Part shown: positions 1-14,880 of the stretch, piece by piece
How positions within the stretch are numbered: position 1 is the stretch's first letter
How the letters are laid out: every line of letters begins with the position of its first letter
From: Octopus sinensis
Taxonomy: Eukaryota
NCBI RefSeq assembly: GCF_006345805.1
Contig: NC_042997.1
Span: 3,844,001 to 3,908,000, forward strand
Direction of reading: 5' to 3'
DNA: 64,000 bases
The notes under the pieces: generated by a model
The model's input: the letters and a program-made list of their open reading frames with translations, nothing else
What the model was told of the DNA's origin: nothing
The model's database searches: none
Position numbers and translations under genes: made by a program

Positions 1-612
1 ACTAGGGAATGTATTACTATCGATTTATTTGATTAAAAGTTTTTCCTGGCTGTTGAAATGTGTGGTCGACGAGAAATGAAATTTTACTGACCTCCCACCT
101 GCAATATATTAAAACGTGGCAAATGGGAATAATGATAAGAACGTTTGGGAAAAATATTCAATAAAATGATAACATAAATATATGTTATTTACATGAAGAC
201 GGTTAATGCATTTAAATGCATTTCATAATGTGAAAGTTACATTATTTTTAATATTGACTGATATGTCAGAAGCAGAGTAATATATGGTATATATTAAGAA
301 TATATTTATGGAAGATCAAATATGATATTAATATAACTTAATGTATATTTCATAGTAAAATTTCATAAATTAACTTCCGCTCTATAATGCACTGATAAAA
401 TTATGTGTCCATAATCTTTTCCATAATCGCTAATGCACTATCAATTCGCAATATTCATATTAGATAGAATAGATAAAAAATAATAATAATAACGCACACA
501 CACACAGTAATATTAGCGGTAACATATGTGCGCTTATATTGATGGATATATGCAATTAAGTACACTGATATCTCTATTTGTGTATGTTCTTCTGCGCATG
601 TTGTCGGGGTCG

Positions 613-689
<77 letters not shown>

Positions 690-1250
690 AGTATGCATGT
701 AAACTTGCATTATATCCAACTACCTAAATATATATGCATTGTGTGTGTATGTGTGGATGTGTGTGTATGTATATATGAGTGCATTTGTATATGTCGTGCG
801 TATATATTTATTCACTTGTTCATTACTATACATTTCCTCAACCGACAGTTCTTTGTGTCCCAATATTCTTGCCGCGGGATATATATTCATATTTTGTGTC
901 GATTGATAACTGCATGTAGCGAGAAATTTTGAGGATTAGTGCGCTCAATAACCAGATTTCAATAAATACATCATCTACAGTCTATATGCGGAGCACATTC
1001 TTGCCCGTAGCTGACCCAGAGACACATAAGCGCACAATCTGTGATGCAATAATCTTCTCACACACAGAACCATAGGCGCATATGAATACATTCATACATA
1101 CATAAATAAATACATACATACATACATACATACATACATACATACATACATACACACATACACACATACATATATACATATGTGTGTTTGTGTGTGCTTA
1201 TACAAACATATATATATACTTATGTATATACAATCACACACATGTATATC

Positions 1251-1304
<54 letters not shown>

Positions 1305-1849
1305 CTATATGTATTTTAATATATATGTATACAGAGAGAGTGAGAGAAAGAAAGATACAGTGAGAGAATGAGAGACAGACTGTGAAAGAGAACGCAAGGG
1401 AGATATATAAATGCACAATTACATACTGACATGCCTCTCTACACGTCTCTCTCTCTCTCTCTCTCCCTCTCTCTCTCTCTATATATATATAGTTAATCCA
1501 AACAAGAAAGCAAATAAACAACACAAAGCGAGGACGTGGAACAAATATAGTATTATTGGACGCTCAGGAAAGAAGGAAAGAAGGAGGGTTTAACGTTTCG
1601 AGCGGAGCTCTTTGTCGGAAACATAGGAGAAGGAAACATCCAGAGAAGGGAAGACAGAGGAAAAAATCGCCAACGGTACACACGCGGTCACATTTTGAAT
1701 ATATATATATATATATATATATCACAGATGCATGCTCGTTACACGAGGAAGGCCAGTACCAAGATTTACTGAAATGATTCATGATTGTTGCCATGTGATG
1801 CCTTTATATGACTTTTAAGCCCGACCAAGCTTTTACATATTTTATTACA

Positions 1850-4240
1850 TACTAGACAACTGTGCTGGATGGCAGGATAAACAGGTCTCATCATATGCAC
1901 TCTCTTAGCATGTCTTTTTAGACCTCAATCTGAGAGTCACACCCTTCCCCATATTATACACGTACTGTTATGAATTTTAATAGCAACCTCATTGTTTATT
2001 ATGGCTCGAATTCTATGAGAATGTTGATACCTCACCAGACCTGCGCGACCCAATCATCTCTACCCATAAACCACACACATAGAAAGCAGTAATCTCTCAC
2101 TTTCCACAGGTCCCACTTCTAAGCCCCTACTGATTCTCTTTTACTTCACTCTCTCTCACTCTCAAAACTTGAACAACCATCTTGCACTATCGTCCTCCAT
2201 CGAACACGGTATTGTGCTTCCTTTCCAATTTCCAGCTGAAATTCCTGTATTAGAGCATTTTAAGGCAATCCTTAAACTTTAGTTTCGGCTTTTGCGCTGG
2301 TCTCCTGCTATCTTCCAGCTCACCTTTCAATAACGGCTTTAACATTGGTTCATCACTCATTCTTACCAAATGTCTTAAACCTTACATCAAGCGTATTTGC
2401 AAAATCATTGACTCTATGCTTCTATTGCCACTCCTCTCAAGCACCTCCACATTACTAATGGCCATTTTCCAGTTGATCCCCAAATTTTTTCTCAGACAGT
2501 ATTGAGGAAATCGTTCCAATTGTCTTTCCTGCCTACGGTAAAAGACCCATGCCTCAAGTCCATATATCAAAGATGGGAGGACGCATGTGTTATATACCTT
2601 AACTTTAATTTGTGAAGGTACGTTGTTTCCACAGACGCCTATCAAGCCTACCAAAAGCACTAATAGCATTGCTGATTCTGTATGAAATTCCATCACCAAG
2701 AGCAGCAGTGCTCCAGGTGCCAGCTAAATAAATAAATCTAGGTACAGTATCCAACATTTGACCATTCAGTTATAAAAGGTTCCACATGCATCTTGGAGGA
2801 CGAGGGCTGGTACATTATAGGATTATTTTTTTTAGATTGATTGTTAGTCCTAATGCTGCAAATGCTGCAGAAATGGCATTCACTATGGGCTGCATATCTT
2901 TCTGAGAATATGGCAACATGTCATATTCATCTGCATGCAGAAATTTCACAAGGCGAGAATGCAGAACTTCCGTTTTAGCACAGAGTCTTTTCCGATTGAA
3001 CAGTTTTCCTGTTGCCCTACATCTTATATAGACCCCTTAAGGGCAATGTTGAAAAGCTTTTTGAAAGTCTATTGCGAAATATATAGGAAACAGTGTAGGA
3101 ACAGGAATATCACCTTGCGTTACACAATTTTCTACAGAAATTGGATATGATCACGTACTTTCAACATTAATTCAGTTCCATCTTGTCATGAAATTGTCTA
3201 AACATTCTCATAAGTTTTTCAAGGCTTCCTAGCTTTTTTAGGATCTCCCAAAGTACAATTCTATTGATAAAATCAAGCGCTTTTATTAGGTCAATGAAAA
3301 CCTTGTATCCCTCCATATCTTGTTCGGTGCACTCTCTAGCAACTGTCTAGCCGAAAATATCATATCCATAGTATTCCAACTAGCCCTAAACTCACTTTAC
3401 GATTCTGGTAGTACCTCATCAGCAATGTACAGAAGCAACCTATCCAGCATTAAACTACAAAAACCTTTCCAGCAACAGCTATCACATACATCCTTTCCCC
3501 CTTTATATTTATATAAAATCTCCATAGAAGCATCACACCAATCCGGAGGAACCTCTTCACTTTGCCAAACCCTCTGAATCACATCCGTCAACATTGCACA
3601 AAGATGATCACCACCCTATTTATATATCTCTGCACCTAATCCGTCCATACAAGGAGGCTTTCCATTGTTCAATTTCCTGATTGCTGCTTTTATTTCAGCC
3701 AGGTTTGGAGCTTCTGTTATAAGATGTTTTATTGGTGTCTTGGGTGTATTATCAAGCAATGAGAGATCAACATCATTGGGTCTATTCAGCATGTTACTAC
3801 GAATCTCGTACACTCATTCTTTAAATGAATTCTAGCGTCCATCACATAACAAATTATTCATCTCAGTCACAAACTCACTGTCGGAATCTTAAGTTTATTC
3901 ACATTAATCCGTTTAGGTAACTTGTCATTATTTGCTGTAACCTTAGTCTTAACAACAAAATTCACCTTGGCACGCAAAAGCCTATGATCAGCCCAGAACT
4001 CTGCATCATGCATCACTCATACAATAGCAAATCCCTAGTATTTTGTTTCCTGATGAGGATATAATCTATAAGATGCCATTTCGTAGAAGCAAGGTGCATT
4101 CATATAGTTTATACTTATACTTTAGTCGAAACATTGTATTCAAGACACACAAATCCATTTCTAGGCACATTTGTAACAGTAGCAAAACATTACCATATTC
4201 ACTAAGGACATTACAGATTCCATTGAACATAGCACCATAA
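1850..4240 (-). mobile_element. Degraded RTE-clade LINE (APE endonuclease + RT ORF remnants)
   Basis: Minus-strand fragments in RTE ORF2 order: WHLIDYIL...DHRLLRAKV (EN end), EIKAAIRKLNNGKPPCMDGLGAEIYK (3616-3813), VWQSEEVPPDW.DA..LYKYKG (3397-3594), KVKVYNTCVLPSLIYGLEAW...CLRKNLGINW (2382-2699); many stops and frameshifts. Confidence 0.9.
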
Positions 4241-4261
4241 ATATATGTGCAGATGACTCTA

Positions 4262-4560
4262 AGCTCCGGTAATCATTCAGGGAGCACATGATCGAACAAT
4301 GCTTCAGTCGGATCTATGCGCAGTAACGCAGTGGGCACGAAAAAAAAATTGAACGAAGAAAAATATGAACTTTGTATAGAGCACACTCAAACAACCATAT
4401 ACCCTACCGTCGGCACATCTACTTGAACCGTTGGATAATATCAAAGACGTAGATGTAACTGTCGACAGCAAACTTGTCTGGAGTGTGCACATCAACAAAA
4501 AAGGTGATGTTGCCCGTAGAATATGGTCGTAGATCTTCAGAACTTTCGAATCTAGGTATC
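4262..4560 (+). mobile_element. CR1/L2-like LINE RT C-terminal fragment
   Basis: Translates DRTMLQSDLCAVTQWA...IKDVDVTVDSKLVWSVHINKK..ARR...IFRTF, the typical post-RT motif series of CR1-group LINEs. Confidence 0.7.
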
Positions 4561-4902
4561 ATGAAACCAACATCATTCACTTCTCCACATTCGCTACGTT
4601 CACCTCGAATACTGCTGGTCGCCCTCCCCCCAAAAATGAGGATTGAAACGCCACAAAGATCAATCAGAAAATAAATAAATAAATTGCACGAGGGAAAATA
4701 ACTATTGGGCACGGCTTAAACTACTGAAGCCTATTTTCTCTACAACAACAGTGTGAGCGATATCTTATCTGCAGCATGTGGAAAATATTTAACCAATATT
4801 ATCCAAATGATATCGCTATTAAGTTTACAATTCACCCAAGACTAGGCCCCGTGCAATGCGTCCTTTACAAAGGGCGAGATAAAAAAACGTGAGAATATTA
4901 AG

Positions 4903-5122
4903 TTGGCATGCTGGCAGAAACGTTAGCAAAGTGCTTCGCGATAATTCGTCCACTTTTACGTTCTGAGTTCAAATACCGCCGAGGTCAATATGTCTTTCAT
5001 CCTTTCAAGTTCGATAAATTAAGTACCAGTTACGCGCTGGAGTCGTTGTAATCGACTTAATCCCATTGCCTGTCCTTGTTTGCCCCTTCTATATTTAGCC
5101 CCTTCAGGGCAACAAAAAGAAA
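4903..5122 (+). mobile_element. tRNA-derived SINE, family A
   Basis: gctggcagaaacgttagc A-box-like head, gagttcaaat B-box, tttcatcctttc...gataaattaagtaccag core; homologous to copies at 33490, 48158 and 61250. Confidence 0.8.
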
Positions 5123-5245
5123 GAATATTGCGCGCAATAACTTCATGCAAATGGTCCTGCACATTTCATTGTTATCCCAAAAGCAATTAAATTAGAATGG
5201 TGGAATGGTCCATGGTGTCCCGAAATAATTAACTAAAATACTTTT

Positions 5246-5248
<3 letters not shown>

Positions 5249-5326
<78 letters not shown>

Positions 5327-5349
5327 CATATATATAGATAGATAGATAA

Positions 5350-5406
<57 letters not shown>

Positions 5407-5480
5407 ATAGATAGATAGATAGATAGATTTATATTTATATGTATATATACATACATAAATATATATATATATATATATAT
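5249..5480. repeat. Compound (TA)n/(TAGA)n microsatellite
   Basis: Directly visible; representative of dozens of similar tracts (e.g. 617-680, 1090-1300, 6815-7080, 20971-21049, 49290-49500, 51055-51235, 56676-56960). Confidence 0.95.
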
Positions 5481-6822
5481 TTTTTTTCTTTTTTCTCTAC
5501 GTTACGACCGAGTTCCGCTCCGACTAACAGGTCGTAAGTCGACCTGGTCGCATGTGGGACTTATACTTTCCAGCACTATTTTCATTAAAACTAGCTGGTG
5601 CGTGAAAGCGACGTAGTGAGCGATTGTGGCATGCCTGTGTCAACGGGATGCCAGCGTTGGCAGATGCTGCCATAATTATCTTACGCATAGCTGCCCAATG
5701 ACCGAAAATCGATTATTTACTTCTTTACCTATTTTCTTATTTTTTATTGTCACATGTGTGTGGTTTTGTACGTGGTCGTATTTGTCTGTTTGTGAGTGTT
5801 GTGTTTGTGAATCTGTGTGTGGTTGTATGTGCATGTGTGCATCCTTGTATGTGCATGTGTGCTTGATTTTGTGTGTGTGTGTGTTTCTGTGTGCATGTGT
5901 GCATCTTTGCGATGATCCCCATCACCACACGACTTTTAATGTCAATTTCTTCGCTTCAATGCCTCGCTCCATCATAGCCACCAATCCTCGACTGAAACAA
6001 GTTAATGATAAAAGAAAAAAAGATACCTTTCTCTTGTGCAGTTTAGATATCTGCATTTATTAAATTCTTGAAAATAAAAAGCTCATATGTATAATAATAA
6101 GAATTCAAATCAGTGTTTCTTATTTGAAATGTTCTCTTTCATGCCACATCTTATCGGGGTTGTACAATTCCTTTTATATATAATTCTGTTCTTACTTTCA
6201 GTGACAGTATGACATTGAAGGATCAGAAATAGCTACTTTAATAATTTGAGAAAATCTCTTAGCTCAGTTTACTACTTTGAACATAGTTCTATCTCAAGGC
6301 AATGATATTACATTGAATATTGCAAACTGTTGGGATAATCAGATCTCCGCTATGGATTATATAAGTACGCTGCATAATTACTTCAGATATATATTTCATA
6401 AGAGATTTTATACAGTTTTAAAATTTATATTTTTTTCTCCATTTCCAAATATTTCGAAATTATAAATATTCCTCATATATAACACAAACCCCCTTGTGAG
6501 CATATGCTATATAATTTAATATTACTTCGAACATATTACCCTTAAATATATGCAAGTTTCACTAGTAAAATAACAGAAAAACACACAATGTGTTCTGATG
6601 TATATAAAAGCACTTTCGTTGCAAACTTCATCGCTTAATTGCTCCAAATGTCATATTATAAACATTATATGCAACACATCAAGGAGATGGTTGCAGAAAT
6701 TTACACACAATTGCTTGTATGGAATGTATAAATGTAAATATATGCACACACATACAATCACTTATATACACATAAAAACCTGCATACATAAGTATAACAT
6801 ACAAAAACATATACATATATAT

Positions 6823-6892
<70 letters not shown>

Positions 6893-6997
6893 ATATATAT
6901 ATATATATATATAGATAGTTAGATAGATAGATAGATAGATAGATCTTATATGTATTCACACAAACACACACATATATATATACGTGTATATACATAC

Positions 6998-7080
<83 letters not shown>

Positions 7081-7299
7081 GTGTGTGTATACTTAATGCC
7101 ACGCATTCTCTTCCAAGTAAGTTTTATCGTGATAATTCTGATGCGTACTCTATACGATCTTTTTACTCATTCGTTTTTCTCTTTCTGTCGCTCATTCTTT
7201 TACCTCCTCTTCTCCCTTATTCTATCCTATTACTCTGTCACTCACTCGTCCTCACTCCTCCTCCCTTGCTCACGTGGCTCTCATGAGGCGGGGCTGATC

Positions 7300-7920
7300 T
7301 TCACAAGGGACTCCAACGATAGCCAGGTCCATCCTCTACATGACAATTCTGTTCGACAAATCTCCACAAGTCAAGTAAGTGCAGACGCTGTACGGGAGCA
7401 TGCAGAACGGTTTCATCGCTCCACGGTAACACTACTTGGTCACAGATTTTTGGAATTTATCCATAGATCATGGTCAAAATTCCTCCGGAATTGACATGTG
7501 ATCACAACATAGTGGCGAAAGAATTTTACAAGATCAGTAAATCTGAAGACTTGCTAATAGAAATTGAAAAATGTGTCATCTGAAGGCCTGTGATTATAGG
7601 ATCTCTTTGAATGATAAAAAAGGTACTGAAACCTATTTTAAAATGATACCATCCCTACAGGAAGTGCAAAAATCGTGTTCACTGGAACGACTCATGTACT
7701 GAGAGGAGCATTATCGCTGTGAAAACACATCTATTCATGAATTTATTTATTTATATATATTTTTAAATAGATATTTTACCTGTTAATTTGCGTGTGTAAT
7801 CTGGAAAGGCATACAAGGAGCTTATCTTACCTAGGTGTACGGAAAACACTCGGCGAGAAATGGAAGAAAACTTGAAGAAAGTAGGAAAACTACAACAATA
7901 TTATTATTATTAATAATAAC

Positions 7921-8006
<86 letters not shown>

Positions 8007-8025
8007 TAAAAATAAAAATAATAAT
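7300..8025 (+). mobile_element. Dong/R4-like (RLE) non-LTR 3' end with (TAA)n tail
   Basis: KISKSEDLLIEIEK...IPSLQEVQK.VFTGTTHVLRGALSL* read across frameshifts, then a 3' UTR and a long (TAA)n array at ~7913-8001. Confidence 0.7.
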
Positions 8026-9670
8026 AACAGAGACCTCCAATGGGGGCTGCAATAGGGTGGGGGCACTTGTCCGCACGAATACTCCGGATGGTGCTCGAAA
8101 ATGAAGGGGTGTTACCTTAGTTTACTGACAAAATATTTTTTATATAATGACAATATAATTTTCGCGTGAGATTAGCCTGCTGAAAATACAAGAAATTGAG
8201 CGGAATGAAATCTTGAATAAGACCAAAAGTAAATGATTCTTGTAAATTTATCTCGAGTTATTTTTTCTTACACTGAACGAAGACTAAAATATATGATACA
8301 CTCATAACCAAATATAACGGGCATTGTAATACAAGTTCATCGAAAACAGCAATTTCGAAAGAGAAAAGAAAAACTCTACTGTGAATGACTTGTGCCTATG
8401 AATATATCATCTGTAACGACAAAACTATAAACTTAATGATCTAGATTTATATCAATTCCTATGCTAAATCAATCAAATCGATCCACAATGAAATAACTTT
8501 TAAGAGAATGCTAACCCAAACAAAATATTTTGGAGTGGCACATGCGTATAGAGCAAGAACATATCGAAGAGATTATAATTTCGACACGTTCTTTATTATT
8601 TAAAACTTAGCGGTAAAATATAATTTTTACAGCCAATACGCTGGAGAATGGACGGAGATTGCTGCTAAAACCATCGTAAGATCCACAATACTGAGGTTTT
8701 CCATAATTACTATCAAAATATTAGAGAAATAACCCAAGCCAATTTACTCGAACTACGCAATATACGAAACAATTTAGAATTAAACCTAAAGAAATAACGC
8801 AAACGCCAATAGAAAGGAAAATAGATATGTTGTACTAACGTGTATGTACATGATGAAAATACAATCCCACACACAGCTCTTCCTGAAGATCGGTTGATCA
8901 TTGCTTCCTAGAGATGGCCTGAATACGAACACTTCATTGTTTATAAGGTCAAATTTTATCTCGAGGCAGATTATCGTCATCCACGATGTAAAGGCATCGA
9001 AAACAATTCGCTCTGTGTTCGCCAAAATATACGTTTTGCCAAACGCTCTTTCTATGATCAAACGCTCTATGCCTATATATTTGCTAAAAGTGGAATATCC
9101 TGCTGCAATTAGAAACTGGAAGTACCGACCAACAGTCCACAATAATTGAACTGAATTCTTTTACATATTTCGAATTTATGGTCAATAAATTTCATATTTA
9201 GAAAAGTAATTATATTTACATTTAAATGAAAAATATTTCTTGATGTACTATAAGTACTTTACTTCCACTCCTTATCCATTCCTGGTTTCCCTAAATTAGA
9301 TCCTGCAATTTAATTGATATTTGACAAAAAAGTCTTCATTTTTCTAAGGTAGTTTTAACTAGTCCCGATGTTTTTCGTTATATGTATATAAGAAAACTTG
9401 TGTATGTACATTTAGAAGACAATCATAGGCGTAAGTGTTGCCAGCTGGTGATCTGATGAGCAACCTTTAATTATCTGTATTGATTTCTGAATAAACAATT
9501 TTATTATATGTGTAGCAAGCATATTACAAATGTAAACATCATTACACACTGAAATATTTGTTGCATGAAGAAGGCTAGAAAACCACCTTAATACCAAGTA
9601 TTATACGTGTTTAGAAAAATATATTCACTCGTCATAACTCCTGATATTTTATGATTTATATATATATATA

Positions 9671-10330
9671 TACGTGACCTGATCAATAAGTATCAGGACT
9701 TTTGGCATAATGACAAAGCTAGAACATTCAGAGTAAAGCCACTTGGCACAGAATGACCTTCAACTCGGTTGTGCATGCGCACTAAGTTTGAACGTTCTAG
9801 CTCACAACTGCGAGAAGTAACGTGTGTAACGTGTTTTCGTTCTATTGACCAGAGAATCTGCATAATATTTTGCCATAGTTTTCAAAACTTTTCTTCTTTC
9901 TCGATACCATTAAGGCGATTTGTGCAACTGAAACACAAGGGTCATGTTGGTAAGATGAAAGCAGTTTTGGAACAGACAACGCAGACACGAGTCTCAAACC
10001 TAAATCGTCTGTGATAACTAAATTGTAACTAATCTGCACATCTTCCGATAACTCACAGGTGAATATTTGACGATTTCCCCTCACAGCTGCACGCAGATCT
10101 GTGATGTTTTTCTCATTTTTGCTGGTTCGCAGAATGCTCTTCACTATCGGCTTTTTTGCAGCCATCAAGGAAACACCTGAAATCCTCATATACTTGTGTG
10201 CGGCTGATACACTCCTCTTCATACACTTTCTGCAACTTTGCGTAGGCACCTGAGCAGGTATTGCCATGACAACTTTCTCTGTTGTAGTGAATGCGACGAT
10301 CGCATTTTACCCACGTTACTTCGAAGCAAT
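9671..10330. mobile_element. Mariner remnant with internal inversion
   Basis: Plus strand: TIR-like tacgtgacctgatcaataagtatcaggact and DQRICIIFC (to ~9880). Minus strand ~9890-10270: continuation AYAKLQKVYEEECISRTQVYE...EKNITDLRAAVRGNR..TCELSEDVQISY. Confidence 0.75.
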
Positions 10331-12911
10331 TCTGTAAACAGTGAAAGTGAGATAAAAGTGAAATATATGCGCGTGTATTTGTGTTTGTGTGTATGTGTGT
10401 GTGTGTGTGAATACGTGTTTGAGTGCCTGTGATTTGACGTGGGGATTAAATTTCGATCGTTTGGTTATATTATTAAGCACGTAATTCAAAAAGAGAAATC
10501 ATAAAGTTGAATATCTGTAAAATTATCGATATTTTCAGGAAATCAAACGTTTTCTTAGTAACAATGTTTATAACGAGAAAAAGGATGTTCGCCATGATAA
10601 TTTGCTTCAGAATATATTAATTTAAAATATTTTATGTTTCCATACCTATACTTTGTTTATCATCTGCAGTTCTTCGTCATCCACTTTCGCTCGCTAGAGA
10701 TTTTTAGTAATCAATATGTCTATGAGAGTGTGGAGGATGCTTCTCGACCAATTGTATTTGTACAAAATAAATAAATACATAAAAATAAAAACCTTTACAT
10801 ATGCAATGGAAATTAATAAAGAAGCATATCAGTATATATTCATAGAAGAATAGAATGTTACGTTTTATAGTATTCTCCATTTAGATACACCTTCATTATA
10901 GTATACCCATTCCATTTGTATACTATTTCGGTATTGGCCTATAAAACTGTAACAGCTGTTGGATATGCGCCCAGAGTAAGTTGATTAGCGAATATTGTTA
11001 AAATGTTATGGTGTGTTTTTACAGGAATTTCAATTAAAATATCATTATTTTCCTCCATTATGAATCATGGTATAAAAGTTCCAGAAAATTAGATTTAGAT
11101 TGTAAAACTAAAATAAGTTATCTGAAATTGCAGGGCAGAAGAGAAGAGAGACATTCATGTGACTGACATGAAGTAAGCAATTATTTTAACCTTTGTATTT
11201 TAATAGACAGGTGTTTTCAGTGGTACACGACGCACGATGTGATGTTCGGATTCCGAAACATATAGTGTGTTCTATAAGATTTAGATTATCTGAAAACAGT
11301 TTTGGAGTTTCCATCCTACATTTTATCGTTAACGTCGAAGAGATTCACGATATATATTGTTGTGCGATTCTTTACTTGCTTAATCGTGTCTAATCATTAA
11401 GGAATGTATGGTGCCATTGTTCATTAGCATTACACTTGTCGATTCGGATCTATGTAATATTCAATTGTATCCACATATAAATGCAACACACATAAACAGC
11501 GACCTAATCTCTATAGTAATATAATGGCAAAATTGCACTCACCAACTTTTACATACTAGAAATTCATCTGCGATTACGTCATATACACAAAAGGATTGCA
11601 GTCGACATCTTGTAATGTAAAACTTCTCGAAGTGATGCAAATTACATGCATGATAGGTTAAAAATTGTTGAGCTGTATCAGCTTTTAAAAGAAACCACGC
11701 TACCTACATATGAGATTTATGGTAGTTACTAGTCTAATTCCAATCCAAAATGATGAGTTGATAATATTTGTTTATTTCGTATTTTTTCTAGTATCAAAAC
11801 TGTCATTATAATTGTTTCTTTGCTGCCACATGTAACTGTAAACAGAACTACATTTTGTATCGATTGTAGACTTTGCAAATTAAAATTTCTAATACAGTAG
11901 TTGTTTGATATAAAAATGTAAAAAATTACATATATAATATTCTTTGTATCATACGATAAAGATGTCTTATGAAGATATATAGAGATAATATTAGATAAAG
12001 GAATGGGGAATGACAAGTGATTTTTATCTATAAAAATCTGTATAGCACGTATACAAACGATATATTATGTATATAACTGGTGCAGCTTCACATAGAAATC
12101 TTGACGCGTCTGATTTAAATTATTAAATTATTATTACTTGAAAGTTAGTGACAGTGAAATTAGAAGTACGCATACACTCACTCTACAATATACATACTAG
12201 CACAAGTTTATGCCAATTGACAAAGACAGACTAACATTTAACCGATATATATATATACATATATAAATATGTGTACTAGCGCGTACTCACACGCACACAC
12301 AGACGAATTCATTTGAGGCAATGTCAGATTATTATGCATATGCTTCCCTCTCCGTAATCTACTACGTAATTAGTTATTCATGCAAGCTAGGAGCAAGATA
12401 TATTTAAATGTATATTAACAAGTGAAACAACCGAGAGCACAAAACAAAGTTTTCATATGTTGATGCAAAATGCTTGAAAGAAACTAATATTTGCTATTTT
12501 GAAAATATGATATTCATCGCATAGAAAGCATAGAATTCCTATATGCATGAATCAGACACACAAACACGCAAACACACATATACATATCATTAACTTCATG
12601 TACAAATGTTCACATTTATAACTCTGTGTCTGAGTATCGGTATATATATATATATGTGTGTGTGTGTAGACACACACGCATATAAATTGACACACATTCC
12701 GAGTCACCCTAAATATCTATACACACTTTAGAAAAATGAAAATCTCTATAAATATTTTCATTCAGTGTTATTGCAACTTTTTCGGTGTAATCGTAAGTTG
12801 ATAAAACAATGAAAGTGGTATTGATAGACTATTTATAGTTTTTTTTTCTTTCCATACACATACACGCGTGCGCGCACACGCACACACTCACACACACCCA
12901 TATATATATAT

Positions 12912-13760
12912 ATGAAGGAAATAAGACAACGTAGAACATTCTAAAGTAATTTTATCATGTAAAATTTAGTAGCGGTTTCGGTCTTTTTGACTCTTTCAAC
13001 TTGGAATAAAGCTAAGAAAACAATTAATTTTGGAAAATTAAATTAAATGCTTTTTTGAAATATTTCCATTGCCTTCAAATAGTTAGGACATTTTCCTTTT
13101 CTTTCCCTCTCTCTTTTACTTTTGTGAAGTCTCGGTAGTTAGTAGCAGATCTGAAGAAAAAATTTAAGAAGATGGATATCGTTTCTGGATTTTTAATCTT
13201 TTAGCAGCAGCCACTACAAGTATCTTAGAATAATATAGATGCAATTATTAAAAATGATATATACAGAACAGTCACTACTCATGAATTTATTCAGAACAAT
13301 TCTTATCACTACTGCTACAATCACTACAAGTCACTCTTAAGTCACTTGTCCGTTAACATGTTCCTCGAACAGTCTACTACTGCCACACCACTTCCATCTT
13401 TTTCTTCTTCTTTCTTTTCTTCATCGGCTGCTGCTGGTTAAACAATCAAATCCAAAACCAGCATCCCTCAATTTAGCTCTTTTTTTTTCAGATCCGCTAC
13501 TACCCACCGAGTCTTCAAAAACTTGAGAGAGAGAGAGAGAGAGAAAGTGATAGGTAGACAGAGAGAGACAGAGTGAGAGGGAGAAGGAAACTCCACGTTT
13601 AATTGTTTTTCTTGCTTTATTCTAGGTTGAAAGTTGAAAAAGTCGCAATACATGAAACCGCTACTAAAATGTTCTTCATGATAAAATTCTTTTAGCATTT
13701 TCTACTTTATTTTATTTTCCTTATACATATCAACTCGTGTGTTACTTTTCAACCTTATAT
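12912..13760. mobile_element. PLE-type inverted terminal-repeat pair between (TA)n tracts, with degenerate hammerhead-like motif
   Basis: ~12915-13030 is a diverged reverse complement of ~13590-13725; the minus arm reads TTGAAAGA-GTC-AAAAA-GAC-C-GAAAC-CGCT. Confidence 0.55.
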
Positions 13761-13762
13761 AA

Positions 13763-13800
<38 letters not shown>

Positions 13801-14294
13801 TATTTATTTATTTATTTATACATCTGTGGGTGCATTATATATTAATAAAGGTACAGTGTTGAGAGTACTTTCGAATGTTTGCAACCAGGATATCTCTTTT
13901 TCTGCATAGGAAATGAGGCAGTGGGTGAAGGGGAAATTTTGTTTTTCAGAACAGGCTTCAGTCGTTTCCATTGATTTCCAAATCTATGATATTTTTAGAA
14001 GCAAATGGTTTTCTCTGGTTACTTCTATACAAATTTGTGTTTGCTTTTAGACACGTGATTATCATAGCTTCCAGTTCTTTCTCTATTGCATTTGACATGA
14101 TGTTCCTAATTACTTATGTAGTTAACATAAACGTAAGGCCCACCAACTTTCGCTAGCGATAACACTTGCAATGTTACATGGTGCGCACTGGTTAACTGAG
14201 CACTTTACCTGAAATTTAATCAGCTTCAAATTTTCACACTGATGCTGACAGATAACAATAATTGTGAACAACCTGGGAGCATAACTCAGTATTC

Positions 14295-14880
14295 TATTCT
14301 TTTATTCTTTTATTTGATTTAATCATTTGACAGAGGCCATGCTGCAGCACCGCTTTTAGTCGAAAACATCGATCCCATGAATTATTCTTTGGAAGCCTAG
14401 TACTTGTTCTAACAGTAACTTTTGCGGAGCAGATTAGTTATGGGGAGCTAAATACCAGGTATTAGTCGTCAAGCGACGGTGAGAGGACAAAGACACACAC
14501 ACACATACACATATTTCCTTTATTTCTCTTACTTATTTCAATCATTTGGCTGCGGTCATGCTGGATCACCATATATATATATATATATGATAAGATATGT
14601 TACAAACAGAAAATAGAAATTACACGTGGAAATGTAAGGGTAAAGTAAGAAAAATCAATGAAAATGCACATTGTAAATAAAAAAGAAATGGCTTTTTATG
14701 AAAGGTAACGACAGATATATATATACATATATGGGCTTCTTTCAGTTTCCGTCTACCAGATCTATTCACCGGACTTTCGTCGTCCCGAGGTTATAGTAGG
14801 AGACATTATATCAAGGTGACATGCAGTGGAACTAAACCCGGACAGTATGATTGGGGAACAAGCTTCTTACAACACCACGA
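14295..14880 (-). mobile_element. tRNA-derived SINE, family B (fragmented)
   Basis: 3' half at 14295-14500 and 5' half at 14730-14880 are reverse complements of the 15791-16230 copy. Confidence 0.75.

Noticed and set aside
534-1600. ORFs rich in YI, CV or HT dipeptides (also 5.2, 6.7-7.1, 45.5, 49.2, 51.4, 55.2-56.4, 60.4 kb)
   Set aside because: Translations of (TA)n, (TG)n and (CA)n microsatellites
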